Assembly (NCBI GenBank): GCA_049967655.1
Contig: JBMFSH010000021.1
Span: 1-45,795, forward strand
Direction: 5' to 3'
Source of the DNA: Acidobacteriota bacterium
GTDB taxonomy: Bacteria > Acidobacteriota > UBA4820 > DSQY01
Length of the DNA stretch: 45,795 nt
Position numbers and translations under genes: made by a program. Below the pieces are notes generated by a model that had not been told where the DNA came from, did not search any database, and saw only the letters and a list, made by a program, of their open reading frames with translations. This document shows positions 8,839-18,842 of the stretch, piece by piece (within the stretch, counting starts at the first letter, position 1; each line of letters opens with the position of its first letter).

Positions 8839-9549
8839 ATGGATCACAGCATGTCGGACGCCACCCTCACGTCGCATTCGGATCTCGCCACCTACCTTAA
8901 GCCCTCACCCGGCGTGGACTCGAACTCCGAGCCCGTGCTCGAACTCGCCGAAAGGCTGACCCGGGGCTCGCGGAACCCCGTCGAGGCCACCACGCGGCTC
9001 TTCACCTACGTCCGGGACACGATCCGCTACGTGCCCTACGCGCCGTTCGACTCGCTTCAGGCCTACACGGGCCAGGCCACGCTCGAACGCGGCTACGGCT
9101 TCTGCACCCAGAAATCCGCCCTGCTCATCGCGCTGGCCCGCGCCGTGGGCATCCCCGCGCGCTTCCACTACGCGGACCTGGTGAACCACAGCCTTCCTGA
9201 AAGGCTCGAGTGGGTCCTGGGATGCAACCGCATGGTCTACCACACCTACGTCGAGTTTCTTCTGGAGGGGCGCTGGATCAAGGCCACCCCCTCTTTCGAG
9301 AGACCGCTGTGCGAGAAGATGGGGTGGCGCCTCGTGGAGTTCGACGGTACCTCGGACGCCATCCTGCACCGGACCGACCTCTCCGGGCGCCTGCACGTGG
9401 AGTACACCGCCGACAGGGGCACCGACGCTGGGATTCCCCTATCCCTCATGCTCGAGGCCTGGACGCGGGAGTACGGCCCGGAAACCCTCGGCCGCTGGCG
9501 GGAGGCAGTGGCGGGGAAGGGATTCTGGGGCAACGGCAGCCGCCGGTGA
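8839..9549 (+). CDS. Transglutaminase-like (cysteine protease fold) protein
   Basis: FTYVRDTIRY, GYGFCTQKS (catalytic Cys), ARAVGIPAR, YHTYVE, WIKATP. The true start may be ATG 8851. Confidence 0.85.
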   Translation: MDHSMSDATLTSHSDLATYLKPSPGVDSNSEPVLELAERLTRGSRNPVEATTRLFTYVRDTIRYVPYAPFDSLQAYTGQATLERGYGFCTQKSALLIALARAVGIPARFHYADLVNHSLPERLEWVLGCNRMVYHTYVEFLLEGRWIKATPSFERPLCEKMGWRLVEFDGTSDAILHRTDLSGRLHVEYTADRGTDAGIPLSLMLEAWTREYGPETLGRWREAVAGKGFWGNGSRR

Positions 9550-9609
9550 AGCTTGTGAGCGGAGGTGGGCGATGACGCAGGGGAAGGGAGGGCAAAGGCC
9601 AGACGCGAG

Positions 9610-9732
9610 GAAAGCAGAAAGCCGAAAAGGGGAAGCATAGGTGGGTTCGTTCCCGTTTCCCTGAGAATTCTCAATTCCTCTGTGTCTCTATGCCTCTGTG
9701 GTGATTTTTTCTTTCCGAATTTCGAATTTTCT
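9610..9732. repeat. Composite short tandem repeats in a convergent intergenic spacer
   Basis: GAAAGCA GAAAGCC GAAAAGG GGAAGCA (9610-9637); palindrome TGAGAATTCTCA (9662-9673); CTCTGTGT CTCTATGC CTCTGTGG TGA (9678-9704); TTCCGAA TTTCGAA (9713-9726). Confidence 0.75.
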
Positions 9733-11394
9733 CTACTCGCCCTCGTAGGTCCCGAAGGTCCGCTTGAGCACGGCGATGATCTCGCCCACGGACGCCTGGG
9801 CCTTTACGGCCTGGAGGGTGGGTTCCATGAGGTTGGCGCCGCCCTTGGCCGCGTCGTCCAGCCGCCCCAGCGCCCGCGTCACCTCGGCCGCGTTCCGCCT
9901 CTCCCGTACCGCCCGCAGCCGCCTTACCTGCTGGCGCTCCAGTTCGGGATCCACGTGGAGCACGGGGGGGTGGACGCCGTCGCCCTCCGCAAACCGGTTC
10001 ACCCCGACCACCACCCGTTCGCCCTTTTCCACCGTCTGTTGGAAGCGGTAGGCCGCCTCCTGGATTTCGGACTGAACGTAGCCGGCCTCGATGGCCTTCA
10101 CCATGCCGCCGCGCTTCTCCACCTCGGCCATGATCTCCAGCGCCTTGGCCTCCAATGCGTCGGTCAGGGCCTCGATGACGTAAGAGCCGCCGAGGGGGTC
10201 GATGCTGTCCGCGACGCCGCTTTCGTACCCCAGGACCTGCTGCGTCCTCAGCGCTAAGGTGGCGGCCTCGGTGGTGGGCAGGCCCAGGGCCTCGTCGAAG
10301 CTGTTGGTGTGAAGGGACTGGGTGCCGCCCATGACCGCGGCCAGGGCCTCCACGGTGGTGCGCACGACGTTCACGAGGGGCTGCTGCGCCGTCAGGGTGG
10401 ATCCGGCCGTCTGGGTGTGGAAGCGAAGCATGCAGGCACGTGGGTTGGTGGCCCCGAAGCGGTCGCGCATGAGGCGTCCCCAGAGCCTGCGCGCCGCGCG
10501 GTACTTGGCCACCTCCTCCAGAAAGTGGCTGTGGGCGTTGAAGAAGAAGGAGAGGCGCTCGCCGAAGGCGTTCACCTCCAGCCCCTTGTCCACGGCCGCC
10601 TGAACGTAGGCCAGGCCGTCCAGGAGGGTGAAGGCGATCTCCTGGGCCGCCGTGCTGCCCGCCTCGCGGATGTGGTAGCCCGAGATGGAGATGGTGTTGA
10701 AGCGCGGAAGGTTCGGCGTGGCGTACTCGAAGACGTCGGTGATGATCCTCAGCGACGGGCGCGGAGGGAAGATGTAGGTGCCCCTCGCGATGTACTCCTT
10801 GAGAATGTCGTTCTGAATGGTGCCCGTCAGCGCTTCGGGCGCCACCCCCTGCTTCTCACCCACGGCCATGTAGAGCGCCAGCAGGATGAAACCGGTGGCG
10901 TTGATGGTCATGGAGGTGGAGACCTTGTCCAGGGGGATGCCCGCCAGCAGGGTCTCCATGTCGTCGAGCGTGTCGATGGCCACCCCCACCTTTCCGACTT
11001 CGCCCTCGGCCAGCGGGTCGTCGCTGTCGAGCCCCATCTGCGTCGGCAGGTCGAAGGCCACGGAGAGGCCCGTCTGCCCCTGCTCCAGGAGATATCGGTA
11101 TCGGCGGTTGGATTCCTCGGCCGTCCCAAACCCCGCGTACTGCCGCATGGTCCAGAGGCGTCCCCTGTACATGGTGGGCTGGATGCCGCGCGTGAAGGGC
11201 GCCTCCCCGGGGACACCCAGCTTCCCGGCGTAGCTCCAGCCCTCCAAGTCGAGGGGGGTGCAGAGGGGCGCCAGCGGGATGCCGGAATCGGTCTCCACCG
11301 TTCTTCTGCCGCCTTTGACGAAGTGTTGATCGAGTTTCCGCCGGTAGCGATCGAGAAGCGCCACCAGATCGTCCTTCTGAGTCTCCTCGGGCAT
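9733..11394 (-). CDS. Methylmalonyl-CoA mutase, large (substrate-binding) subunit
   Basis: [63 protein letters not shown]. No C-terminal DxHxxG cobalamin-binding domain. Confidence 0.93.
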   Translation of the reverse strand: MPEETQKDDLVALLDRYRRKLDQHFVKGGRRTVETDSGIPLAPLCTPLDLEGWSYAGKLGVPGEAPFTRGIQPTMYRGRLWTMRQYAGFGTAEESNRRYRYLLEQGQTGLSVAFDLPTQMGLDSDDPLAEGEVGKVGVAIDTLDDMETLLAGIPLDKVSTSMTINATGFILLALYMAVGEKQGVAPEALTGTIQNDILKEYIARGTYIFPPRPSLRIITDVFEYATPNLPRFNTISISGYHIREAGSTAAQEIAFTLLDGLAYVQAAVDKGLEVNAFGERLSFFFNAHSHFLEEVAKYRAARRLWGRLMRDRFGATNPRACMLRFHTQTAGSTLTAQQPLVNVVRTTVEALAAVMGGTQSLHTNSFDEALGLPTTEAATLALRTQQVLGYESGVADSIDPLGGSYVIEALTDALEAKALEIMAEVEKRGGMVKAIEAGYVQSEIQEAAYRFQQTVEKGERVVVGVNRFAEGDGVHPPVLHVDPELERQQVRRLRAVRERRNAAEVTRALGRLDDAAKGGANLMEPTLQAVKAQASVGEIIAVLKRTFGTYEGE

Positions 11395-11482
11395 GGTTCG
11401 CTCTCCTTGCGGATCGGGCTTTCAACCGGCCATCGCCATCGCCGCCCCGCCAGCATTCTCCCGGGCCATGGTCCCGAACACC

Positions 11483-11511
11483 AGCATAGCCTCTCGCCCG
11501 GACGGGAACAA
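11483..11511 (-). promoter_or_regulatory. sigma70-type promoter of the mutase gene
   Basis: TTGTTC (11511-11506), 17 nt spacer, TATGCT (11488-11483). Confidence 0.5.
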
Positions 11512-11567
11512 TTGGCCGGGGCTCCGCCCGAATGGGACGGGCTCTCCGCCTCGCGACGGGTTTGGGA

Positions 11568-12458
11568 TCACCCCAGCTCCGTGAGGCTTTGAAGGGGAGG
11601 GGCCAGCTCTTCGAGCGACGCGGGCGCGAGGGGCAGGAAGTGGAGGGCGTGGCGGGCTTCGGCGGCCATGAATTTGAGGTAGCGGGCCCTCTTTCGGCGC
11701 GTCACCTGGTAGCCGAAGGTGCCCAGAGCCTTGAGCGCCCGCTGAAGGGCCGTGCGTCCGAATTCTTCAGCCGCCACTCCGGCCCCGCTCGACCACCCCT
11801 CGACGAAGTGGTCCCGGATCGCCGGCCGTTGTTCGCGGTAGGCATCCACCGCCAGGGAGGCGGCGTCGTAGCACCGCGGCGCCAGCAGGGCGTCCTGGAA
11901 ATCCAGGAGCACGAGCCGGCCCTCCGAAGTCGCGAGCACGTTCTCGGAGTGGAGGTCCCGGTGGGCCAGCCGGCGAGGGTAGCCGCCCACCTCCTCCGCC
12001 AGGGCGGAGAGGCCCAGCGACACGGACGACGACACCGAGATGTTGAGAAATCCCTCCAGAAGGTGGACCGAAAAGAAGGAGAGCTCGAACTGGAGGCGGG
12101 CTCGGTCCAGCTCCAGCAGGTCTGGCCCCTCGCTCCAATCCTGGAGGGAGGAGATGACCCGCGCCGAGGCGAGGAGGCGATCCCCCCATTCGGGCCGCCA
12201 CCGGCCGCGGGAGAGGGCCCACCCCTCTACCCAGCTCTCGATCAGCCAGTCCGTGGCTTCGGACGGCACATGCAGGATCTCCGGCACGTCCAAGCCGGCC
12301 CTCGCGAACAGGTCGCGGACGTGAACGAAGCGATCAAGGCCGTCCCTGTCGCCTCCAAACTGCGCCAGGAGCGCCGGAGCCCCCCGCCATTCCCCCTTGA
12401 AATAGCGCCGGGTGGAGGCATCCGCGGCCAGCGGGAGCCAGCGCCCTGGCGGAAGCAT
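11568..12458 (-). CDS. APH-family phosphotransferase, AmgK (anomeric MurNAc/GlcNAc kinase)-like
   Basis: LAADASTRRYF, HRDLHSENV, LLDFQDA..YDAASL, QRALKALGTF. Confidence 0.8.
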   Translation of the reverse strand: MLPPGRWLPLAADASTRRYFKGEWRGAPALLAQFGGDRDGLDRFVHVRDLFARAGLDVPEILHVPSEATDWLIESWVEGWALSRGRWRPEWGDRLLASARVISSLQDWSEGPDLLELDRARLQFELSFFSVHLLEGFLNISVSSSVSLGLSALAEEVGGYPRRLAHRDLHSENVLATSEGRLVLLDFQDALLAPRCYDAASLAVDAYREQRPAIRDHFVEGWSSGAGVAAEEFGRTALQRALKALGTFGYQVTRRKRARYLKFMAAEARHALHFLPLAPASLEELAPPLQSLTELG

Positions 12459-12471
12459 CCCGGCCTCCGCC

Positions 12472-13119
12472 TCAGGGTGCCGGGTGGAGGCTCTTGGCCT
12501 TGGCGGCCGCCTCCGAGTCCGGGAAGTTCTCCGTGAGCTTCCGGATCGTGGCCTCCGCCTGCGGCTTCAGCCCCAGCTGGATCTGGCATACGGCCTGTTT
12601 GTACATGGCGTCGGGAACCTTGTTGCCGAAGGGGAAATGCTCCGAGACCGCTTCGAAGGCCTTTTCGGCGTCCCGGTAGTTCTTCTCGCTGTAGAGACAC
12701 TCACCGATCCAGTACTGGGCGTTATCCGCCAGGTCCGACTGGGGGAAGCGCCGGATGAAGTCCGCGAAGCTCCGCTCCGCCTCCGTATATTTGCCTGCTT
12801 CCATGAGGTCGAAGGCCTTCTTGTAAAGGGAGGCGGGGTCGGCGGCGAGGTTCTGGATCTCCACTTTGGGCGAGGCCTCCTCCACGGGGACCGCCGCCGC
12901 GGGCGCCTGGGCCGGAGCCCGGGCCGGAACGGAGCCGACCTGGGCGCGGAGCGCCTCCACCTCTTTCGTTAGCTGCTTCTGCTGGGCCGTGAGATCCTGA
13001 ATGTCCTGCCGAAGATAGTCCACGCGGCGGGAGAGATCGTCCCCCGGCCCGACGAGCGAGGAGCAACCTCCCGCTGTCGCCAGGACGGCTCCGGCCAACA
13101 CGATGCTGATCGCGCGCAT
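12472..13119 (-). CDS. cpoB: Tol-Pal associated TPR protein CpoB/YbgF (lipoprotein signal)
   Basis: N-terminal coiled coil, then FIRRFPQSDLADNAQYWIGE and KVPDAMYK TPRs. Signal ends AGGC. Confidence 0.88.
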   Translation of the reverse strand: MRAISIVLAGAVLATAGGCSSLVGPGDDLSRRVDYLRQDIQDLTAQQKQLTKEVEALRAQVGSVPARAPAQAPAAAVPVEEASPKVEIQNLAADPASLYKKAFDLMEAGKYTEAERSFADFIRRFPQSDLADNAQYWIGECLYSEKNYRDAEKAFEAVSEHFPFGNKVPDAMYKQAVCQIQLGLKPQAEATIRKLTENFPDSEAAAKAKSLHPAP

Positions 13120-13123
13120 GCCC

Positions 13124-14239
13124 TCACCTCCCCTCGGCCAGGCGCGTGAGGACCTTCCTGAAGAAGCCCTCCCCCCGCTCCTCGCGTTCCTTTTCCAGTT
13201 TCATGAGTTCCTGGTACAGGTGCCTCTCCTCCTTGCTCAGGCGCTTGGGAGTGTGGACCTCCACCTCGACGTAGAGGTCGCCCCGCCCCGATCGGCCCAT
13301 GCGGGGCATCCCCTTCCCGGCGATCTTGAATCGGTGGCCCGTCTGGGTGCCCGCCGGGACGTCCAAGGTCTCCTCTCCCTCCAGCGCCTTCAGCACGAGC
13401 CGGGTGCCCAACACGGCCTGGGGAAAGCTCAGGGGGACTTTGCAGAAGAGGTCCTCGCCCTCGCGCTGGAAAAAGGGGTGCGGCTCCACCGAGATGAAGA
13501 GGTAGAGGTCGCCGGGCGGACCGGAGCGCTCCCCGGCCTCGCCCTCCCCGGCGATGCGCAGGCGCATGCCGTTGTCCACGCCCGGAGGGATCCGGACCTT
13601 CATGGTCTTCTGGACGGGCCTCCGTCCCCTGCCGCTGCACGCCGTGCAGGGGTCGCGCACGATCTCCCCCTCGCCTCCGCACTGCGGGCAGGTCCTGCTC
13701 ACGGTGAAGAAGCCCTGGCGAAAGGCCACCGTGCCCCTTCCGCGACAGGCCTGGCAGGTGATTCGCTGCCCCGACCGGCTTCCGCTTCCACGGCACTCCC
13801 GGCAGGTCTCCTCCTTGGGGAGCTCCAGGGTGTGCTCCTTGCCCGTGAAGGCCTCCTCGAAGGTGAGCCGGAGGTCGTAGCGCAGGTCGGAACCCCGCTG
13901 GGCGCTCCGGCGTCCTCCACCGAAGAGGTCCCCGAAGCCGAACAGACCGCCCAGCAGGTCCGCGAAATCGTCGAACACGCCGGAGTCCCAGGGGATACCT
14001 CCCCCCTGCCCCACCTCCCCGGCGGTCCCGAAGCGGTCGTAGCGGGCCCGTCGCTCCGGATCGCCCAGAACGGAGTAGGCTTCGGAGGCCTTCTTGAAAT
14101 GCTCCTCCGCCTCCTTGTTGTCCGGGTTGCGGTCGGGGTGGTACTTGAGCGCCGCCTTGCGGTAGGCGGCCTTGATCTCTTCCTGGCTGGCGTTGCGCCC
14201 AACGCCCAGAATCTCGTAGTAGTCACCGGATGGCGTCAT
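13124..14239 (-). CDS. dnaJ: Chaperone DnaJ
   Basis: J domain with HPD, G/F region, four CxxCxGxG repeats, C-terminal domain. Confidence 0.97.
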   Translation of the reverse strand: MTPSGDYYEILGVGRNASQEEIKAAYRKAALKYHPDRNPDNKEAEEHFKKASEAYSVLGDPERRARYDRFGTAGEVGQGGGIPWDSGVFDDFADLLGGLFGFGDLFGGGRRSAQRGSDLRYDLRLTFEEAFTGKEHTLELPKEETCRECRGSGSRSGQRITCQACRGRGTVAFRQGFFTVSRTCPQCGGEGEIVRDPCTACSGRGRRPVQKTMKVRIPPGVDNGMRLRIAGEGEAGERSGPPGDLYLFISVEPHPFFQREGEDLFCKVPLSFPQAVLGTRLVLKALEGEETLDVPAGTQTGHRFKIAGKGMPRMGRSGRGDLYVEVEVHTPKRLSKEERHLYQELMKLEKEREERGEGFFRKVLTRLAEGR

Positions 14240-16065
14240 GACTGGGGATCTCTCCCTGGACTGGGGGTATAGAGGATCACTTCCGAGAGGGCACGGGAGA
14301 TGCCCGAGAGTTGTTCCATGGACTCCTGGAGCCGCGACAGGTTCTCGGAGCCCAGGTTCCTCTGAGCCTTAGTCAGTACCTCCTCCACCTCACGCTGCTT
14401 GTCCGCCTGCAGGAGCGTTCCGAACTCCTTGAAGGTCTTCTCGCTGCTTTCGAGCAGCCGCTCCAGTTTCATCTTCAGCCGCTGGAGCTCCAGCGCGGTG
14501 CGGTCTTCGCTCTCCTTGGCCTGGGCCTCCATCACGATGTTGTTGATCTCCTCCTCCGAGAGGCCGGAGGAGGGATTGACCACGATCTTCTGCTCGTTGC
14601 CCGTGATCAAATCCCTGGCGTAGACCGAGACGATGCCGTTCGCGTTGATCTCGAAGGTCACCTCGATCTGGGGAATTCCCTTGGGCGCGGGCGGGATTCC
14701 CACGAGTTCGAACTTGCCGAGGCTGATGTTCTCGCTGGCCAGCTCGCGCTCACCCTGTAGAACGTGGACCTCCACCGTATCCTGGTTATCCTGGACGGTC
14801 GTGAAGATCCGCGACTTCTTCGTGGGGATGGCCGAACCCCGCTCGATGAGCTTGACGAACATGTTGCCCTTGGTCGCGAGGCCGAGGCTGAGGGGGATGG
14901 CGTCCAGGAGGACGATCTCCTTGACCTCGCCCTTGAGGATGCCCGCCTGCAGGGCGGCGCCCAGGGCCACGACCTCGTCCGGGTTTTTATCGCGCCGGGG
15001 CTCTCTGCCGAAAATAGCGGACACGGTCTGGATCACCAGCGGCGTGCGGGACTGCCCTCCCACCAGGAGGACCTCGTCGATCTCGGAGGCCTTGAGGCCG
15101 GCGATCTCGAGCGCCTCTTCGCAGGGCTTGCGCGTGCGCTCGACGATGGGAAGGATGATCTTCTCCAAATCCTGGCGCGTCAGGACGGTCACGAGGTGCT
15201 TCGGCCCGCTGGCGTCGGCCGCGATGAAGGGGAGGTTCACCTCGGCGGCGGGCAGGGTCGAGAGTTCGCACTTGGCCTTTTCCGAGGCCTCCTTCAGCCG
15301 CTGGAGGGCGAGCCTATCCGCTCCGAGGTCGATTCCCGTCTGCTTCCGGAACCCCTCCATGAGATGAGCCATGATGGCCAGGTCCATGTCCTCGCCGCCA
15401 AGGAAGGTATCCCCCGCCGTCGCGATGACCTCGAAGAGGCCGCCCCCCAACCGGAGGATGCTCACGTCGAAGGTGCCTCCGCCCAAGTCGTAGACGGCCA
15501 CCGTCTTGACCCCCGCCTCCTCGAGATTGAAGGCGATGCAGGCCGCCGTGGGCTCGTTCAGGATCCTCAGCACCTCCAGTCCCGCGATCCGGCCCGCGTC
15601 CTTGGTGGCCTGGCGCTGGGGGTCGGAGAAATAGGCGGGAACGGTGATGATGGCCTCCTTCACCTCCTGCCCGAAGTACTCCTCGGCGCTCTTCTTGAGA
15701 TCGGCCAGGATGAAGGCCGAGATCTCCTGCGGGGAAAACTCGCGGTCTCTCACGCGGATCCGCACGTCCCCGTTGGGGGCCTCCATGAGTGTGTAGGGAA
15801 GGACCTTTCGGGCTTGCTCCACGGTGGGATCGTTGAATTTCTTTCCCATGAGCCGTTTCACGGCGAAGATGGTGTTCGTCGGGTTGGTGACGGCCTGGCG
15901 CTTGGCCATGTTTCCGGCCAGGCGGTCCCCCTGGTCGGTGAAGGCCACCAGAGACGGCGTCGTGCGGCTGCCCTCGCGGTTGGGAACCACCACCGGCTGG
16001 CCCGACTCGATGAAGGCCAGGCAGCTGTTCGTCGTACCCAGATCGATGCCGATCACCTTAGCCAT
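14236..16065 (-). CDS. dnaK: Chaperone DnaK (Hsp70), short C-terminus
   Basis: [53 protein letters not shown] 16065 overlaps the grpE end. Confidence 0.95.
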   Translation of the reverse strand: MAKVIGIDLGTTNSCLAFIESGQPVVVPNREGSRTTPSLVAFTDQGDRLAGNMAKRQAVTNPTNTIFAVKRLMGKKFNDPTVEQARKVLPYTLMEAPNGDVRIRVRDREFSPQEISAFILADLKKSAEEYFGQEVKEAIITVPAYFSDPQRQATKDAGRIAGLEVLRILNEPTAACIAFNLEEAGVKTVAVYDLGGGTFDVSILRLGGGLFEVIATAGDTFLGGEDMDLAIMAHLMEGFRKQTGIDLGADRLALQRLKEASEKAKCELSTLPAAEVNLPFIAADASGPKHLVTVLTRQDLEKIILPIVERTRKPCEEALEIAGLKASEIDEVLLVGGQSRTPLVIQTVSAIFGREPRRDKNPDEVVALGAALQAGILKGEVKEIVLLDAIPLSLGLATKGNMFVKLIERGSAIPTKKSRIFTTVQDNQDTVEVHVLQGERELASENISLGKFELVGIPPAPKGIPQIEVTFEINANGIVSVYARDLITGNEQKIVVNPSSGLSEEEINNIVMEAQAKESEDRTALELQRLKMKLERLLESSEKTFKEFGTLLQADKQREVEEVLTKAQRNLGSENLSRLQESMEQLSGISRALSEVILYTPSPGRDPQS

Positions 16066-16675
16066 CAGCCTCTCCCGACGGGACACCGGTTTTTGCCCTG
16101 CTCACTTCCACCCTGGCCGCCTTGAGGAGCCGTCCCTCAAAGAGGTACCCCTTTTCATAGACCGCCGTGACGGTGTTCGGCGGCACGTCGTCCCTCTCCG
16201 CGGAGGCGATGGCCTCATGACGCGTGGGATCGAAGGGTTCGCCCAAGGGGTCGATCTCCGAGAGCCCCAGCCGTCCCAGCGCCTCGCGCATCTGCTGGTG
16301 CACTAGACCGAGGCCCCGGCACCACTCCTCGGGAGCCTCTCCTTCGAGTACTTTCAACGCTCGGTCCAGGTTATCCATGACGGGCAGCAGGGCCTCGACC
16401 ACCTGGGCCCTCGCCTGGCGGCGGTGTTCGTCGCGGTCACGGTCCATCCGCCTCTTGAGGTTCTCATAGTCGGCCCTGATCCTGAGGAGCTGGTTCCTGA
16501 GCTCCTCCTCCGGAGAAGGCGGAGGCGGCGCGCCCGAGGGCTCCATTCCGCGCTCGGCGAGATCCACGCGGAATCTTTGGCGGCCCGACGTTCCGCCCTC
16601 ATCTCCCTCGTCGTGGTCCACGAACTCAATTTGAATCTCCCCATCCTTCGGGGGGGCCTCATCGCCGTTCGGCAC
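16058..16675 (-). CDS. grpE: Nucleotide exchange factor GrpE
   Basis: LRIRADYENLKRR, LLPVMDNLDRAL, GEPFDPTRHEA, KGY..RLLKAARVEV. GTG 16675 follows a GGAGG SD. Confidence 0.94.
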   Translation of the reverse strand: MPNGDEAPPKDGEIQIEFVDHDEGDEGGTSGRQRFRVDLAERGMEPSGAPPPPSPEEELRNQLLRIRADYENLKRRMDRDRDEHRRQARAQVVEALLPVMDNLDRALKVLEGEAPEEWCRGLGLVHQQMREALGRLGLSEIDPLGEPFDPTRHEAIASAERDDVPPNTVTAVYEKGYLFEGRLLKAARVEVSRAKTGVPSGEADG

Positions 16676-16727
16676 TTCGCCTCCTCTCCTCCCTATCCCC
16701 GGGCCCGTCCTCAACCGCTCCCAGCCC

Positions 16728-17768
16728 TCACAGGCGGGCGCTGGCCAGTGTCGCCAGCAGGGCCGCGCGCCTGACGTTGGGAATGACCGTCTCGTAGCGG
16801 AGGGCCTTCGGGCCTATGATCCCCACTAGGCCCTGGCCGGAGGCCTCTCCTCCGAAGGGGGCCACTACCATGGCAAGGTCGTGGCTGGCCGGGTCGGGCC
16901 AATCCTCTCCCAGCACCACGCGGAGGGGCTCCCTTCCCTTAAAGAGGTCATCGAGAAGATCGATCAGCTGGGCCTTGAGTTCGAGCGACTCCAGCAGCCT
17001 CTTGACGCTGTCCAGGTTCTCTCTGAGCTGGGGGTCGTCCAGCAGCCACCGCGCACCGTCGAAGAAGAGCTCTCTGGCCTCCGAATGTTCGAGAAAATAG
17101 GGAGCCACCAGCCGTAGCGCCGAGATCATCTTGGAATCCAGTTCGGACCGTTCCGCCTCCATCTGCCGCTTGAGGCGCCGGCGGATTTCCAGGAAGGAGC
17201 AGCCGGCGAAGCTCTCGTTCAGGTACCCGCTGAACCAGCGGAGCTGTTCGGCGGTATAGGGCTCGGGGCTCCGGAGCACGGCTTGATGCACCTGCCCGGC
17301 CTGGGAGACCACCACGCACAGCACCCTCCCTTCGCCGAGGGGAACCAGCTCCGCGCTCCTGAGCCTGATTTCGCCCACGGGCGGGGTGACGGCAAATCCC
17401 AGCGAGTGGACCGTGCGGGCCAGGACGCCGCTCATCTCCTGGACCAATCCGTTGAGGCTGCCCGAAGAGGCCAAACGCTCGACCTCCTTCCAATCGGGCT
17501 CATCCTGGTTCTGCGATTGATCCAGGATGCAGAGCGCCAGATGCCTCAGCGCCAGATCCGTGGGGATCCTCCCCGAGGTGTGGTGGGGCTGGGTCAGGAA
17601 GCCCTTCTCCTCCAGTTGGGCCAGGATGTGGCGAACGGTGGCCGAGGAGAGCCCCTCGGCGTTCCCTTCGGCGAGCACGAGAGAGCTGACGGGCTCCTTG
17701 GTCTGGATGTAACGCGTCAGGAGCCCGAAAAGGATGGCCTCTTCCCTCGCGCTCAGGCTCGTAGCCAT
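16728..17768 (-). CDS. hrcA: Heat-inducible transcription repressor HrcA
   Basis: YIQTKEPVSS, SSATVR, LEEKGFLTQPHHTSGRIPTD, GIIGP..RY. First gene of the grpE-dnaK-dnaJ operon. Confidence 0.92.
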   Translation of the reverse strand: MATSLSAREEAILFGLLTRYIQTKEPVSSLVLAEGNAEGLSSATVRHILAQLEEKGFLTQPHHTSGRIPTDLALRHLALCILDQSQNQDEPDWKEVERLASSGSLNGLVQEMSGVLARTVHSLGFAVTPPVGEIRLRSAELVPLGEGRVLCVVVSQAGQVHQAVLRSPEPYTAEQLRWFSGYLNESFAGCSFLEIRRRLKRQMEAERSELDSKMISALRLVAPYFLEHSEARELFFDGARWLLDDPQLRENLDSVKRLLESLELKAQLIDLLDDLFKGREPLRVVLGEDWPDPASHDLAMVVAPFGGEASGQGLVGIIGPKALRYETVIPNVRRAALLATLASARL

Positions 17769-17905
17769 GTTCAGCGCCTTCCCTCTAGCGCGGTCCGCGC
17801 CGTCCTGGGCTCCCGCCGGCTTCTCCGGGGGCGGCCCCAAACACCCTGCCTCTTCCGGACTTCACCAACGGCTCGGACCCTCGGGCGCCTCCGCAATTGG
17901 GTTAG

Positions 17906-17935
17906 TTTATAACATCCTGGGCACGCCGCAATCAA
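17906..17935 (-). promoter_or_regulatory. sigma70-type promoter of the hrcA operon
   Basis: TTGATT, 18 nt spacer, TATAAA, with an extended TGn. Confidence 0.5.
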
Positions 17936-17965
17936 GCGGGGGGTATCGGCGGAAGGCGCACGCTT

Positions 17966-17994
17966 TTGACCCCCTTGGTCCTTTGGGGTATCCT
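17966..17994 (+). promoter_or_regulatory. sigma70-type promoter of hypothetical-ruvB
   Basis: TTGACC, 17 nt spacer, TATCCT. Confidence 0.6.
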
Positions 17995-18013
17995 TCGCAC
18001 CTGGAGAGACGGC

Positions 18014-18775
18014 ATGAAGATGGGCGGAGCCATTCTGGGCCTTCTTCTCGCCCTCACGGCGTCGGTGACTCCTCCGGTGGGTGCGCAGGATCTATCCACC
18101 TTCTTGAGCCAGCCGCCGGCGCCGGGAGCGTGGGCCCACTACCGGATCGAGACCAAGAAGAGCTGGGGCATCAAGCGGGAGCCCTTCAACCTGGCGATCA
18201 TCGACCAGCAGGTCCTGGACGGACAGCCGTACGTGTGGCTGGAGGCGGGGCCCACCAACTTCGCCGGCTACAAGGATGGATACCTGCGCCTGCTACTGAA
18301 GGCCCACCCCGACCGGCAGGAGGCCATGAACCCATTTCTCGAGGCCCTCGCCCTGGCCTACCAGCCCCCCGGCGGTGACCCGTTCAAGCTCTCGGGGGGA
18401 GCGCTCAGCTTCATGCACAGCCAGGCCAAAGACGTCCAGGTGCACCAGGAAACCACGGACCTGCCCCCGGAGCCCGCCCAGACCGTCAAAGGCGTGGTCT
18501 ACCAGTGCTCCAGGATGATGATCAGCACGACCACCCAGACAACCTTCCTGACCAGGAAGTACAAGGTGACCGAGACCGGGACCTACTGGGTCTCGCCGGA
18601 GACGCCCTTCAGGATCGTCCGGGCCGAGATCGTGAGGACCGAGTTCAAGGACGGCAAGGAGAACAAGACCGAGGTCACGGTCCTACTCAAGGACTCCGGG
18701 GAGAGCGGCGCCACCTCTCACTTCACGGCCCCCGTCCGCAAGGAGAAGGGTCTCTTGGGGCTGCTCTTTCACTGA
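18014..18775 (+). CDS. Hypothetical secreted protein (beta-rich)
   Basis: Signal peptide [26 protein letters not shown]3-biased codons, own promoter and GGAG SD. Confidence 0.8.
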   Translation: MKMGGAILGLLLALTASVTPPVGAQDLSTFLSQPPAPGAWAHYRIETKKSWGIKREPFNLAIIDQQVLDGQPYVWLEAGPTNFAGYKDGYLRLLLKAHPDRQEAMNPFLEALALAYQPPGGDPFKLSGGALSFMHSQAKDVQVHQETTDLPPEPAQTVKGVVYQCSRMMISTTTQTTFLTRKYKVTETGTYWVSPETPFRIVRAEIVRTEFKDGKENKTEVTVLLKDSGESGATSHFTAPVRKEKGLLGLLFH

Positions 18776-18842
18776 TGGCGCACAGGTGTGGACCAACCGG
18801 CCACGGCCGGAGGAGCCCGATCCCAGCGACCGGAGGGCGGGA

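Noticed and set aside
11395..11567. Cobalamin riboswitch upstream of the mutase
   Set aside because: No B12-box or GGGAA core arrangement, and the predicted leader is only about 80 nt.
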